Part shown: positions 19,077-27,581 of the stretch, piece by piece | How positions within the stretch are numbered: position 1 is the first letter of the stretch | Layout of the letters: each line of letters opens with the position of its first letter | DNA from: Vulcanimicrobiota bacterium | Lineage (GTDB): Bacteria > Vulcanimicrobiota > Xenobia > Xenobiales > JADMJV01 | DNA: 64,000 nt | Direction: 5' to 3' | Assembly (NCBI GenBank): GCA_050250895.1 | Contig: JBFWNU010000001.1 | Location: forward strand, 2,022,210-2,086,209 | Notes under the pieces: generated by a model | The model's input: only the letters and a program-made list of their open reading frames with translations | Databases searched by the model: none | What the model was told of the DNA's origin: nothing | Made by a program: the position numbers and the translations under genes

Positions 19077-19745
19077 ATGCGTGGGTTTGTACTGGTCGGC
19101 CTGCTGGTCGTCCTGGGGGGATGCAAAGGTCCGAGCCAGGCCGTGATGACCTTCAAGGAGCGCGAGATGCTCCAGTGTAAGGGTCAGCTTCGCGAACTCG
19201 GCTCGCTTTTCGGAGGCGAGCAGGTGGAGCAGTTCCAGGCCGAGATGGCCGCCAACAGTCCCCGCGTTCGCTGTGCCACCGCCCGCCAGAACACCTACGC
19301 CGCCAGCCTCACCGCCTGCGTTGGCAAACCGGTAAGTGAAGCCGTGATCGTGTGCGGCGGCCACCACCATGCGGGGGTGGGCCTGGCGCCCGACTATCCC
19401 CGCTGGACGAAAGCGGATGGAGTGGCCGAGAGCCCCGAGAAAACGGTGGCGCTGCCCACCGGTTTCCCCCTGCCTTTACCTCAAGACGCCAAGCTGCTCG
19501 AGACCTACGCAACGACTCAGGAGGGCGATGTGGTGGTGGTCTTCGAGACCGGCCAGGACCTTCGTTTGCTCTGTGAACAGTATCACCAGATCCTCAACCC
19601 CGGGGTCGAAAATGTGGCCGCCGAACGCAGAGGCACCCTGGGTGTGTCCGGCACCTTTCAGGGATCGCCCTGCGGCGCGACCATGCAACTCGAGAATGGA
19701 CGGGTCGAGGTGCGCTACGCTCCGGCCTATCTGGCCGAGGAGTAG
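19077..19745 (+). CDS. lipoprotein (MRGFVLVGLLVVLGGC...), first gene of the pseudopilus-like operon
   Basis: Lipobox LGGC. Its stop overlaps the Shine-Dalgarno sequence and ATG of the following GspF-like gene (GAGGAGTAGAGATG). Confidence 0.6.
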   Translation: MRGFVLVGLLVVLGGCKGPSQAVMTFKEREMLQCKGQLRELGSLFGGEQVEQFQAEMAANSPRVRCATARQNTYAASLTACVGKPVSEAVIVCGGHHHAGVGLAPDYPRWTKADGVAESPEKTVALPTGFPLPLPQDAKLLETYATTQEGDVVVVFETGQDLRLLCEQYHQILNPGVENVAAERRGTLGVSGTFQGSPCGATMQLENGRVEVRYAPAYLAEE

Positions 19746-19747
19746 AG

Positions 19748-20788
19748 ATGAACCCATCGGCCGAATCGCTCTCGCTTTTCTTTCGGTCGATGGCTGTGAT
19801 GTTCACGGCCGGCATCTCGCTCGACCGGGCCCTCCATCTATTGGCCGACCAGAGCGAAGATGCAAAGATGGCCGAAGTCTCGCGCGATCTGGCCCAGCGG
19901 ATCAGCCAGGGCATTCCACTCTCCAAGGCCTTCTCGACCCATCAACAGGCTTTCTCGAACATCCAGGTGCGCTTGCTGACGGTGGGGGAGCGCACCGGCA
20001 ATGTCGACGCGATCCTCCACCGGTTGGCGCTTTATGAAGAAAAGCGTCGCGCCGTAACCATGAAAATTCGGGGAGCATTGACCTATCCGGCTTTCTTGAT
20101 GGCCATCGCGACCTTTATGCTGGTCGTCTTGCCGCCCTACATGTTCAAGGGTTTGTTTCAAATGATCGAGACGACGGCGGTCGACCCTCCCTTGATCACC
20201 GTGTTGGTCGTGGGTTTTTCGAAGTTCGTGCGCACCCCGTGGTTTTGGGGAATGGTGCTTGCTCTGGTAGGGATGGGAGTGACGGTAGGGCCGTCGCTAT
20301 GGCGTCAGCCCGGGTTTCGCCTCTGGTTGGCCGAACGCATCCTGGCTACACCGGTGCTGGGCCGCACCTATCAAAATCTGGGCACGGCCCGTTTCGCCCG
20401 AGCCATGGAGCTGCAACTGCAGGTTGGCGAGGGTCCCCTGGCCGGTTTCAGGCTGTCGGCAGAGGCCAGCGATAACCCCGTCTTGAGCCGCTCGATCGAA
20501 GGGGCCATCGAGGCCCTCAAGGGGGGCGAGGGCTTCACCGACAGCCTCAAGGCGACGGGGTTTTTCCCGAATTCGTTTCTGCAGGTCATGCGGGCCGGCG
20601 AAGAGTCGGCCGACTTGCCCGAAATGATGGGCCGCATGGCCACCATGTTCGAGGAAGAACTCGACCACTCCATCGATACCTTTACGGCTCTTTTGGAACC
20701 CCTGGTGATGTTGGTCATGGGAATCATCGTGGGGGTCGTAGTCATCGCTACCATGTTGCCCATGATGCAGTTGATCCAGAATCTTTAG
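19748..20788 (+). CDS. type II secretion / type IV pilus platform protein (GspF/PilC family, two T2SSF domains)
   Basis: Both T2SSF repeats are recognisable. Repeat one is LSKAFSTHQQAFSNIQVRLLTVGERTGNVDAILHRLALYEE...TYPAFLMAIA.... Repeat two is ...VMRAGEESADLPEMMGRMATMFEEELD.... TM helices are present. Confidence 0.8.
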   Translation: MNPSAESLSLFFRSMAVMFTAGISLDRALHLLADQSEDAKMAEVSRDLAQRISQGIPLSKAFSTHQQAFSNIQVRLLTVGERTGNVDAILHRLALYEEKRRAVTMKIRGALTYPAFLMAIATFMLVVLPPYMFKGLFQMIETTAVDPPLITVLVVGFSKFVRTPWFWGMVLALVGMGVTVGPSLWRQPGFRLWLAERILATPVLGRTYQNLGTARFARAMELQLQVGEGPLAGFRLSAEASDNPVLSRSIEGAIEALKGGEGFTDSLKATGFFPNSFLQVMRAGEESADLPEMMGRMATMFEEELDHSIDTFTALLEPLVMLVMGIIVGVVVIATMLPMMQLIQNL

Positions 20789-20796
20789 GAGGCTTA

Positions 20797-22044
20797 ATGC
20801 GAGACGACGCAACCATCAATATCGAGGGCGACGAGGCCGAGGGCCGCGAGTTCGTTCGCACTGGCTATGACCTGGTTCTCATCTCTTCCGACGGCGCTCA
20901 GAGTCGATTTCCCATCTGCTATTCCGAAGTGACCGTCGGAGGCGCCGGAGAAAAGCATAACGACATTGAACTCGAGGCCCCCGGAGTGGCCAATCGTCAA
21001 CTCAGTCTCAGCTACAAGACCGGCCGTCTCTTCTATACCAACCTGAATGTCGCCCTGCCCGTTGCCCTCAACGGGCAAGTCAGCACCTTTCGCGAACTGC
21101 AAGACCAGGACGAACTAGAGTTGGCGGGCTGCAAGCTGAGGGTGGTCGGCCTGATGGATCAACTGGCCTCGCTCGAGGGCTATAGCGATCCCTATCGCGG
21201 TCATCGTTGGGCCATCGGGCGCGAGCCCGTCACCATCGGCCGAGCCGGCAAACGCGACAATGTCGTCTCGCTCGAAGACCGGACCGTGTCGCGAACCCAG
21301 GCCACCATCCGGCTGCACGAGGGCACCTTCGTGCTCGAGCCCGAGACCACCAGTAGCCCTGTGCGGGTCAACGGTGACAAGGTCGAGCAATCGTCGATGC
21401 TCTCGGACGGGGACCTGATTCAGTTAGGGCAGCAGCTGCTGCGGTTTCGCACCGCCAAAGGGTCGAGCCGACCGCGCAATCTCGCCCCTCAGGAGGCCAC
21501 CATCCTTTTTTCGGATATCTGGAATTATTCGAGTCTGGCCGAGAGCCGGCCGCTCGAAGAGACGATCCACCAGATGAACGAATTCTATGGGGCCATGGGC
21601 AAGGTCATCCAGGCCGGCGGTGGCTTCTTGATGACCTTTCTCGGCGACGCGCTCATGGCCGTCTTTGGAGCCGAGAGTAAGGATGACCGCGATCCCCAGC
21701 GGGCCGTCGAGACCGCCGTGGCCATGCAGAAGCGACTGGAAGAACTCAATCAAGATTGGTCGAGTCGCGGCATGCCCACCATGCAAATCGGGGTGGGCAT
21801 CAATACCGGGGAGGTTATGGTCGGGGATGTGGGCTTCACCGGCAAGTTCGAGTTTGCCGCCATGGGCGATAACACCAACCTGGCCGCTCGCCTCGAGAAA
21901 TTGACCCGTGAGTTCAAAGCCCGCATTATCGTCAGCGGGTCGACTCACAAAGCCCTCACCGGCGGACCTACGCTGAGCTATCTGGGAACGACCAGGGTCA
22001 AAGGCCGAGAAACTCCGGTGGAACTTTACGGTGTCGAGTTGTAA
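20797..22044 (+). CDS. tandem FHA-domain protein fused to a class III adenylate/guanylate cyclase catalytic domain
   Basis: FHA signatures GR...NDIVL-like (...RWAIGREPVTIGRAGKRDNVVSLEDRTVSRTQATI...) appear twice. Cyclase motifs ATILFSDIWNYSSL, FLGDALMAVFG, GINTGEVMVGDVG, GDNTNLAARLE and VKGRETPVELY are present. A strong Shine-Dalgarno sequence, TAGGAGG, precedes the start. Confidence 0.85.
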   Translation: MRDDATINIEGDEAEGREFVRTGYDLVLISSDGAQSRFPICYSEVTVGGAGEKHNDIELEAPGVANRQLSLSYKTGRLFYTNLNVALPVALNGQVSTFRELQDQDELELAGCKLRVVGLMDQLASLEGYSDPYRGHRWAIGREPVTIGRAGKRDNVVSLEDRTVSRTQATIRLHEGTFVLEPETTSSPVRVNGDKVEQSSMLSDGDLIQLGQQLLRFRTAKGSSRPRNLAPQEATILFSDIWNYSSLAESRPLEETIHQMNEFYGAMGKVIQAGGGFLMTFLGDALMAVFGAESKDDRDPQRAVETAVAMQKRLEELNQDWSSRGMPTMQIGVGINTGEVMVGDVGFTGKFEFAAMGDNTNLAARLEKLTREFKARIIVSGSTHKALTGGPTLSYLGTTRVKGRETPVELYGVEL

Positions 22045-22066
22045 TTCTTCTGGTAGAATCTGGGAT

Positions 22067-23860
22067 ATGCGTACATCGAATCGGGGGATGTCGCTGGCCA
22101 CGACCTTGCTCCTTGGTGCTCTGGCACTGACGCTGGCCTTTACTTTCGCGGGGGTGGGCTTTACCCACCTCAACCTTTCCACCCGTCGAGCCAACGCCGA
22201 TAAAGCCCGCAATGCGGCCGAAGCGGTCATCGCCCAGGCTATCGAGCGGGTGCTGAGCAACAATGGCAACTATTTCAAGGCCCCCCCTTATCAGTTACTG
22301 ATTCAGCTCCAGGGCGCCGAGGGGCTTTTGACCTTCGACCCTGACGAGGCCGACGACCTCGACATTGCCGTTTCCACCTACAATCTCGGTGAGACGACCG
22401 AGAAGACCGGAGCGGGCGGCCGGATGGTTCCCAAGGATTCTATTCACTTCGTGGGCGTCGGTCGGGCCAATGGGGTCGAGCGGCGCATGGAAGCCATCTT
22501 GCAGGTTCCCACCTACCCTTACGCCCTGAGCACCAAGGGAAGCCTTTTCAGTCAGGGCGAACTGTGGGTGGCCGCCGCCGAGAGTCCGGATGACGTGGTG
22601 GCTGGCGGTATCGAAGCCAATTTCGACAATCTGTTGCCTTCTCATATCGCTGCCAATAGTACGGACCCGGACCACGCCATCAACCTGCCTTCGAGCAGCA
22701 AGAAGATTCGCATCAGCGGCGACGCCCGGGCCGCCGGAGGCATCGAGGCCAGTTCGCCCTTCGTTCAGATTTTGGGCGAGACCCGTCCCGACGCCGGAAC
22801 CATCGACATGCCGGCCTTCGAAATGCGCGATTTTGATCCAGACAATTTCGGCGATGTCCTCGGTTTGCCCGCTTCGTTGCCAGCCGACCGCAGGCTGGCT
22901 GTCGGCGGGTTGGTCAAATACAACGGAGATGTGGGCACCAACCCATCGAGTTCGGGTCCCGACGGCCTGGTCAACGAGCTGGTGTTACCCACCGACGGCT
23001 CCGGGGCTATCGTTTGGATCGACGGCGACCTCGAGGTGCAAGACGGCATCGTCGGCCAGGGGGCCATCTTCGTTACCGGCAACATCACCATTCACGGGGC
23101 CGGCCATTCGGATGTCACCGCGCCCAACGAGGCGGCCCTCATCGCCGGAGGCGACATCCATATCGACGGCGACTCGCAGCACACCGCCTTCTTCAAAGGC
23201 TTGCTGGTGAGCGGCGGTGAGATGAGCCTGCAAGGCGTTTCGGTTTTTGGGACGGTGGTGGTGGGCGCGACCCAGCTGAACGGAAACCCTACCGGTCCCG
23301 CCGACCCGAGCCTGAGCCTGGAAGATGCCACCGTGGTGAACGTGCCCGGCGAGGTCGAGTTTCCCTTCGAGATCCCCTTCGACATGGGCATGGGCACAGG
23401 CTTCACCACGGCCATGCGACCGGGAATCGAACTCGAGCGGTTCTTGGACAACAGCCCCGGCCCCGCCGACGAGCGCCCCTTCAACCCCAACCTGTTCACC
23501 GGCGACGGGTTCAGCGCCGCCAGCCCATTCGGCTTCAAGGTCGGACCGAACTTCGTCACCAAGGCCGGTCTGGTGGCTCAGATGAGTGGCTTCGCAGGCC
23601 CCATCGATTGGCCCCCTCACGGAACGGAATACGCCAATTGGACTGACGCCGCAGTAGCGCTGGGCTATCCGGACCTGGCCGCTTTCATCGATGGCGAGAT
23701 GGTCCCCTGGATCATCAACCACCAGCGTTCGATCATGCGCGAGATCAACACCAATTACCAGGCCGACTGGCCCAAGGAGCAGGGCGCCTTTAGCCTCGAC
23801 CCCAATCAGTTCTTGCAGCTGGAAACCAAGACCCGGGTCGTGCTCTGGAGGGACTTGTGA
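22067..23860 (+). CDS. PilX-like N-terminal domain protein with a large Gly-rich beta-helix-like C-terminal region. Putative pseudopilus tip or adhesin.
   Basis: N-terminus MRTSNRGMSLATTLLLGALALTLAFTFAGVGFTHLNLSTRRANADKARNAAEA fits the PilX_N pattern. Repetitive GxIxVxG-type beta-helix segments follow. The ATG at 22067 is chosen, whereas the ORF track starts at GTG 22031 inside the cyclase gene. Confidence 0.55.
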   Translation: MRTSNRGMSLATTLLLGALALTLAFTFAGVGFTHLNLSTRRANADKARNAAEAVIAQAIERVLSNNGNYFKAPPYQLLIQLQGAEGLLTFDPDEADDLDIAVSTYNLGETTEKTGAGGRMVPKDSIHFVGVGRANGVERRMEAILQVPTYPYALSTKGSLFSQGELWVAAAESPDDVVAGGIEANFDNLLPSHIAANSTDPDHAINLPSSSKKIRISGDARAAGGIEASSPFVQILGETRPDAGTIDMPAFEMRDFDPDNFGDVLGLPASLPADRRLAVGGLVKYNGDVGTNPSSSGPDGLVNELVLPTDGSGAIVWIDGDLEVQDGIVGQGAIFVTGNITIHGAGHSDVTAPNEAALIAGGDIHIDGDSQHTAFFKGLLVSGGEMSLQGVSVFGTVVVGATQLNGNPTGPADPSLSLEDATVVNVPGEVEFPFEIPFDMGMGTGFTTAMRPGIELERFLDNSPGPADERPFNPNLFTGDGFSAASPFGFKVGPNFVTKAGLVAQMSGFAGPIDWPPHGTEYANWTDAAVALGYPDLAAFIDGEMVPWIINHQRSIMREINTNYQADWPKEQGAFSLDPNQFLQLETKTRVVLWRDL

Positions 23861-24240
23861 AGCGAGCCTTTACCCTGGCCGAGACCATCTTTGCCACCTT
23901 CGTGTTGGCTCTGGTCATGATGACCCTGTTCAACATTTTTCCCTCGTCGGCCCTGGCGGTGAAGCGCGGCGAGATGCAGCTGCTGGCTGATTCGGTGGCC
24001 GAGGCTCACCTGGAACAACAACGAGCCATGGCTTTCGACAGTCTGGCCATCGCCGCTGAGAGCTACCTGCCCGACCAGGACCTGAAGGGTCTGCACTTCA
24101 AGCCCTCGCTGACCATTTCGGCGGTGCCGGGCTCTGACGTCGACCGGCTCAAGTCGGTTAACGTCAACGTTTACTGGTCTTTTCGCGAGCGCAACTACAA
24201 AGTCAGCCATGAGGCCTGGATTGTCAAAGTCGGCGAATAG
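23857..24240 (+). CDS. minor pseudopilin (prepilin-type N-terminal methylation domain, KRAFTLAETIFATFVLALVM)
   Basis: Class-III signal sequence with an FTLAE core but Ala rather than Gly at position -1. Overlaps the upstream gene by 4 nt. Confidence 0.6.
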   Translation: MKRAFTLAETIFATFVLALVMMTLFNIFPSSALAVKRGEMQLLADSVAEAHLEQQRAMAFDSLAIAAESYLPDQDLKGLHFKPSLTISAVPGSDVDRLKSVNVNVYWSFRERNYKVSHEAWIVKVGE

Positions 24241-24868
24241 AGCCTTCAGCCTGCTCGAGTTGTTGGTGGCTTCGGGCCTGCTCTTGCTGCTGGGAACCCT
24301 GTTTGTCTGGTTCTTGGTGCCGTCGGTGCGCTACTCCAGCCAGGGGGCGGCGCGCGTGGATCTCGAGCAGATGGTCACACTGGCGCTCGACCGAATCGGC
24401 AACGACCTGCAACACACGGTGGCCCGCGGGGTCTCGTATCACCCCTTGGCCGCGGCTGGCGCGAGCGACCCGGTGGTCTTGGCCATCGTGCCCCAGGCCG
24501 ATGTCGACGCCGACGGGCGACGCATCTGGTCGCAAGAAGTCGTCGTCTATTTTTGGGACCGTTCTGCCCACAAGCTTTATCGCCGGACCTGGCCGCCCGG
24601 TCCCCCGGCCAGCCTGAGCGTGCCCACGCCGTTACCTACCAACCGCCCGACCTCGTTCGGCGTGGCGGATTTGTTGGCACTCTGCGACCCCGCCGGAACT
24701 CGCTCGGTGGCCACGGATGTGACCCGATTTGATGTCTCGCACGCGGGGCCCGGTGCCTCGATTGTGCCTCCTCTAAGAATCGACCTGGAACTCTCGCGTC
24801 AGGTCGGCCCGAACCAGACCGAGACCTTCGCTAACACCAAAACCATCACTCTCCGGAACTCGCTATGA
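24209..24868 (+). CDS. minor pseudopilin (GspJ/PilW-like, NRAFSLLELLVASGLLLLL)
   Basis: Prepilin-type N-terminus, again with Ala at -1. Overlaps the upstream gene by 32 nt. Confidence 0.55.
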   Translation: MRPGLSKSANRAFSLLELLVASGLLLLLGTLFVWFLVPSVRYSSQGAARVDLEQMVTLALDRIGNDLQHTVARGVSYHPLAAAGASDPVVLAIVPQADVDADGRRIWSQEVVVYFWDRSAHKLYRRTWPPGPPASLSVPTPLPTNRPTSFGVADLLALCDPAGTRSVATDVTRFDVSHAGPGASIVPPLRIDLELSRQVGPNQTETFANTKTITLRNSL

Positions 24869-26340
24869 AAAAATGGTTGTTGTTGTTGACCTGGCTGACA
24901 CTGGCGCCGGCCTGGGGCGAGGATCACTACTACATCCATTTTCGCACCTATCCGCCGCGGGATGTGTTGGTCAAGCGCTCGAGCGGCACCGAGCAACCGG
25001 CCAGTGCCGAGCGGTATCAACTCACTCTCGAGAGCGGCGCTACGCCCGCCCTGAAATTGGTTTTCACCCATCCCGGCTTCCGCCAGCGAGAGGACTCTTT
25101 CTATGTGCAGGAGTTGCTCGAGCAGGGCAACCCGGTGGTGCAGGATGGCCAGACGATCTATACCTGGCCGCCCCCGGATCGAGCGCTCATCAGGCTGGAG
25201 CCCGAGAATGCCGTGCAAGCCCTGCGCTGGTGGGTCGTTTATCACCCCCTGGTTTTCGCCCTGGGCTTGCTGTTGAGCGGGGCCGTCACCCTCGGTGGAG
25301 CGCTCTATGTTCGCTCGAGTCGGCGAGACAAGCTTCGATTGGCGCAACTGGCTCAGGCCAGGGCCCAGGCCACCGCCAATGACCCGCTGGTCAGCGAGCA
25401 GGCAATGCTGGGATCCTATCGTATCGTGGATCGTCTGGGTGTCGGCGGGATGGCTGTCGTGTATAAGGCGGTGCCGGATTCTTCGCTCGATGCTCAGCAG
25501 GCCGTAGCCATCAAAGTCATCAAGCCCGAGTTTCTGGAAAATCGCGACTTTGTCGACAGGTTCCGGCGCGAGATCAAGCTCTCGACCAAATTGAATCATC
25601 CCAATATCGTACAGACCCTGGATTTTGGCGACCAGGACGGTTTGTTGTACGTCGTCATGGAACTGCTCGATGGTGGCGACCTCGACAATCAGATACCGCG
25701 TCAGGGTATGCCCTTCGACCAGGCCATGAACTTTTTTCGGCCCATCTTGCAAGGCTTACTCTACGCCCACGGGCGAGGCGTGGTCCATCGCGATCTCAAG
25801 CCCGACAACATCATGGTCACCTCTCGAGGAGAGGTCAAGATCGCCGATTTCGGTTTGGCCCGCGACCACGACGCCACCAAGCTTACCAAGACGGGCAGCG
25901 CCATGGGCACGCCAGCCTATATGCCCCCTGAACAACTTTCGGGGGTCGAGCCCCACCCCAGCGCCGACCAGTACTCCATTGGCATCGCCTTTTACGAGAT
26001 GCTGACCGGAAGACGCCCCTTCGAGGCCGACGATATCATGCAACTGCTGGTCAAGCAGATGTCGGAAGACCCGCCGCCGCCGACCCGTTTCAAAAAGTCT
26101 CTCAATCCGATCGTGGAGCAGATTTTATTGCGCATGCTCGAAAAGGACCCGGCCCGTCGCTTCGAGAGCTTGAGCCAGGTGCTCGAGGGCTTCGAGTGCG
26201 TGCTAGCGGGGCGCCCCTGGTCCATGCCTGCGGTCACGGTTCAGACCGAGACTCCCGGTCCCGGCTCTGGCAGCTTCAAGCTCCCGACCGCAAGTCAGCC
26301 GGTCGTGGATGAGGGCGATACGATCGGCTTCGGGGGATAA
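24865..26340 (+). CDS. receptor-type Hanks Ser/Thr protein kinase (N-terminal extracytoplasmic domain, one TM, C-terminal kinase)
   Basis: Kinase motifs GVGGMAVVYKA, AIKVIK, HRDLKPDNIM, DFGLA and GTPAYMPPE are present. Signal peptide plus a TM helix LVFALGLLLSGAVTLGGALYV. Overlaps the upstream pseudopilin gene by 4 nt. Confidence 0.9.
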   Translation: MKKWLLLLTWLTLAPAWGEDHYYIHFRTYPPRDVLVKRSSGTEQPASAERYQLTLESGATPALKLVFTHPGFRQREDSFYVQELLEQGNPVVQDGQTIYTWPPPDRALIRLEPENAVQALRWWVVYHPLVFALGLLLSGAVTLGGALYVRSSRRDKLRLAQLAQARAQATANDPLVSEQAMLGSYRIVDRLGVGGMAVVYKAVPDSSLDAQQAVAIKVIKPEFLENRDFVDRFRREIKLSTKLNHPNIVQTLDFGDQDGLLYVVMELLDGGDLDNQIPRQGMPFDQAMNFFRPILQGLLYAHGRGVVHRDLKPDNIMVTSRGEVKIADFGLARDHDATKLTKTGSAMGTPAYMPPEQLSGVEPHPSADQYSIGIAFYEMLTGRRPFEADDIMQLLVKQMSEDPPPPTRFKKSLNPIVEQILLRMLEKDPARRFESLSQVLEGFECVLAGRPWSMPAVTVQTETPGPGSGSFKLPTASQPVVDEGDTIGFGG

Positions 26341-26431
26341 AAAAAATGCCCCGGCGTTGTTGCCGAGGCGAAGGTCCAACCAAATGCTCATCTCACTGAA
26401 ATCAGGCTAACGGCCGACCGTCAAGACAGCG

Positions 26432-27541
26432 TTAAATGGCTCGCAGGCTGGTGTATCCGCAAGCTTCGCAGACGCGGGCCACCACCGGCTTCCAGTGTGA
26501 GCCCACCTTCACCCGCAGCGGCCCCGCCTCGGTCTCGAGGGGACAGTCCTGGAACAGGCGCCCCTGGCTACAGCTGGGACAAGTCGGAACCGCCGCCGCG
26601 GGCCGGGGCAGTTGGTCGAGCAGGTCCTGGCTGCGCGCCTCGAGCCACTCGAGCAGAGAGTCCCAGGCCTGATCGCGCACCAGGCCCGCCTGGGAAAGGT
26701 CTTTGTCTAACCCGGTCGTCCAGACGATCGTCCTGATGCCCGGGGCCACTTCCTCAGACGAGGCAAAGCTGACGCCATCGAGGATGACCGTCAGCGGGGG
26801 ACGCTGACCCGTCTCTTCATAGCTCAAGACGGCGGAATGCAGCTCGCTGGCGGGCAGCTCGTAGCGCCGGCCCTCGGGACAATCCACCAGGCCGATGCGA
26901 AACCGTCCCGGCACGATGGCATAGCCTCGACACGACCCGAGCTGTACGGCCAGGCGGGCCGGCCGGCCGTGGATGGTAAGCTCTTGCACCGGGGCCAAAC
27001 CGCAGCGCTCGGCGATGAGGTTGGACTCGATCAGCTGGCTGGCCGGGGTGTAGAGCCTCTTGAGCATGGGAGCAGCCGTCTTGAGGTGAAAACGAAAGCC
27101 ACCCCGGTCGGGGCAGCTCTCGACTCTGGGAGATTCCGCCGCCTGCAATCGGTGGCCGTGCGATTCCACGGTCAGGCTCAGCGGATCGAGCGCCAGGGCG
27201 CCATTGACGGCGATGGCCAGCTCGTGGAGTTGGCGGCTGGGCTGACTGGAAAACAGACTCCGTAACGCCTCACCCTCAAGGGGGCTGCAATTGCTGAATA
27301 GCTCGAAGTCGTCGGCGTCCTGGCGGACATCGATACTGGTGGCTCCTCCGGCGATTGCCGAAGCGACCAGGTTGAGGGCGAAATGGTGGGGAGTCTCGAG
27401 CTGATATTTGGCCAGCTTGAGCCGCGCTTTGGCCGGGTCGAGGGTGAATTCGCCGCTGGAATCGCGTTCGCCGGCGCCGCGCTCGGCTAATTCCTTTTCT
27501 AGTTCCGACACACGGGCAGGTTCGAGCCACCGTTTGCGCAC
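26432..27541 (-). CDS. paralog family member P1: hypothetical protein with a degenerate GHKL/Hsp90-like N-terminal segment and a C-terminal Cys4 zinc ribbon
   Basis: N-terminus ...GEFTLDPAKARLKLAKYQLETPHHFALNLVASAIAGGATSIDVRQD resembles the MutL/HtpG ELVENAxDAGATxIxV block but lacks the Glu/Asn residues. Zinc ribbon CPSCSQG...CEACGY. Paralogous to genes 36492..37616 and 45580..46683. Confidence 0.5.
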   Translation of the reverse strand: MRKRWLEPARVSELEKELAERGAGERDSSGEFTLDPAKARLKLAKYQLETPHHFALNLVASAIAGGATSIDVRQDADDFELFSNCSPLEGEALRSLFSSQPSRQLHELAIAVNGALALDPLSLTVESHGHRLQAAESPRVESCPDRGGFRFHLKTAAPMLKRLYTPASQLIESNLIAERCGLAPVQELTIHGRPARLAVQLGSCRGYAIVPGRFRIGLVDCPEGRRYELPASELHSAVLSYEETGQRPPLTVILDGVSFASSEEVAPGIRTIVWTTGLDKDLSQAGLVRDQAWDSLLEWLEARSQDLLDQLPRPAAAVPTCPSCSQGRLFQDCPLETEAGPLRVKVGSHWKPVVARVCEACGYTSLRAI

Positions 27542-27581
27542 CCTCTAGGAGACGGCCGGGAGCGTCCAGAAGGGGTGGTCG

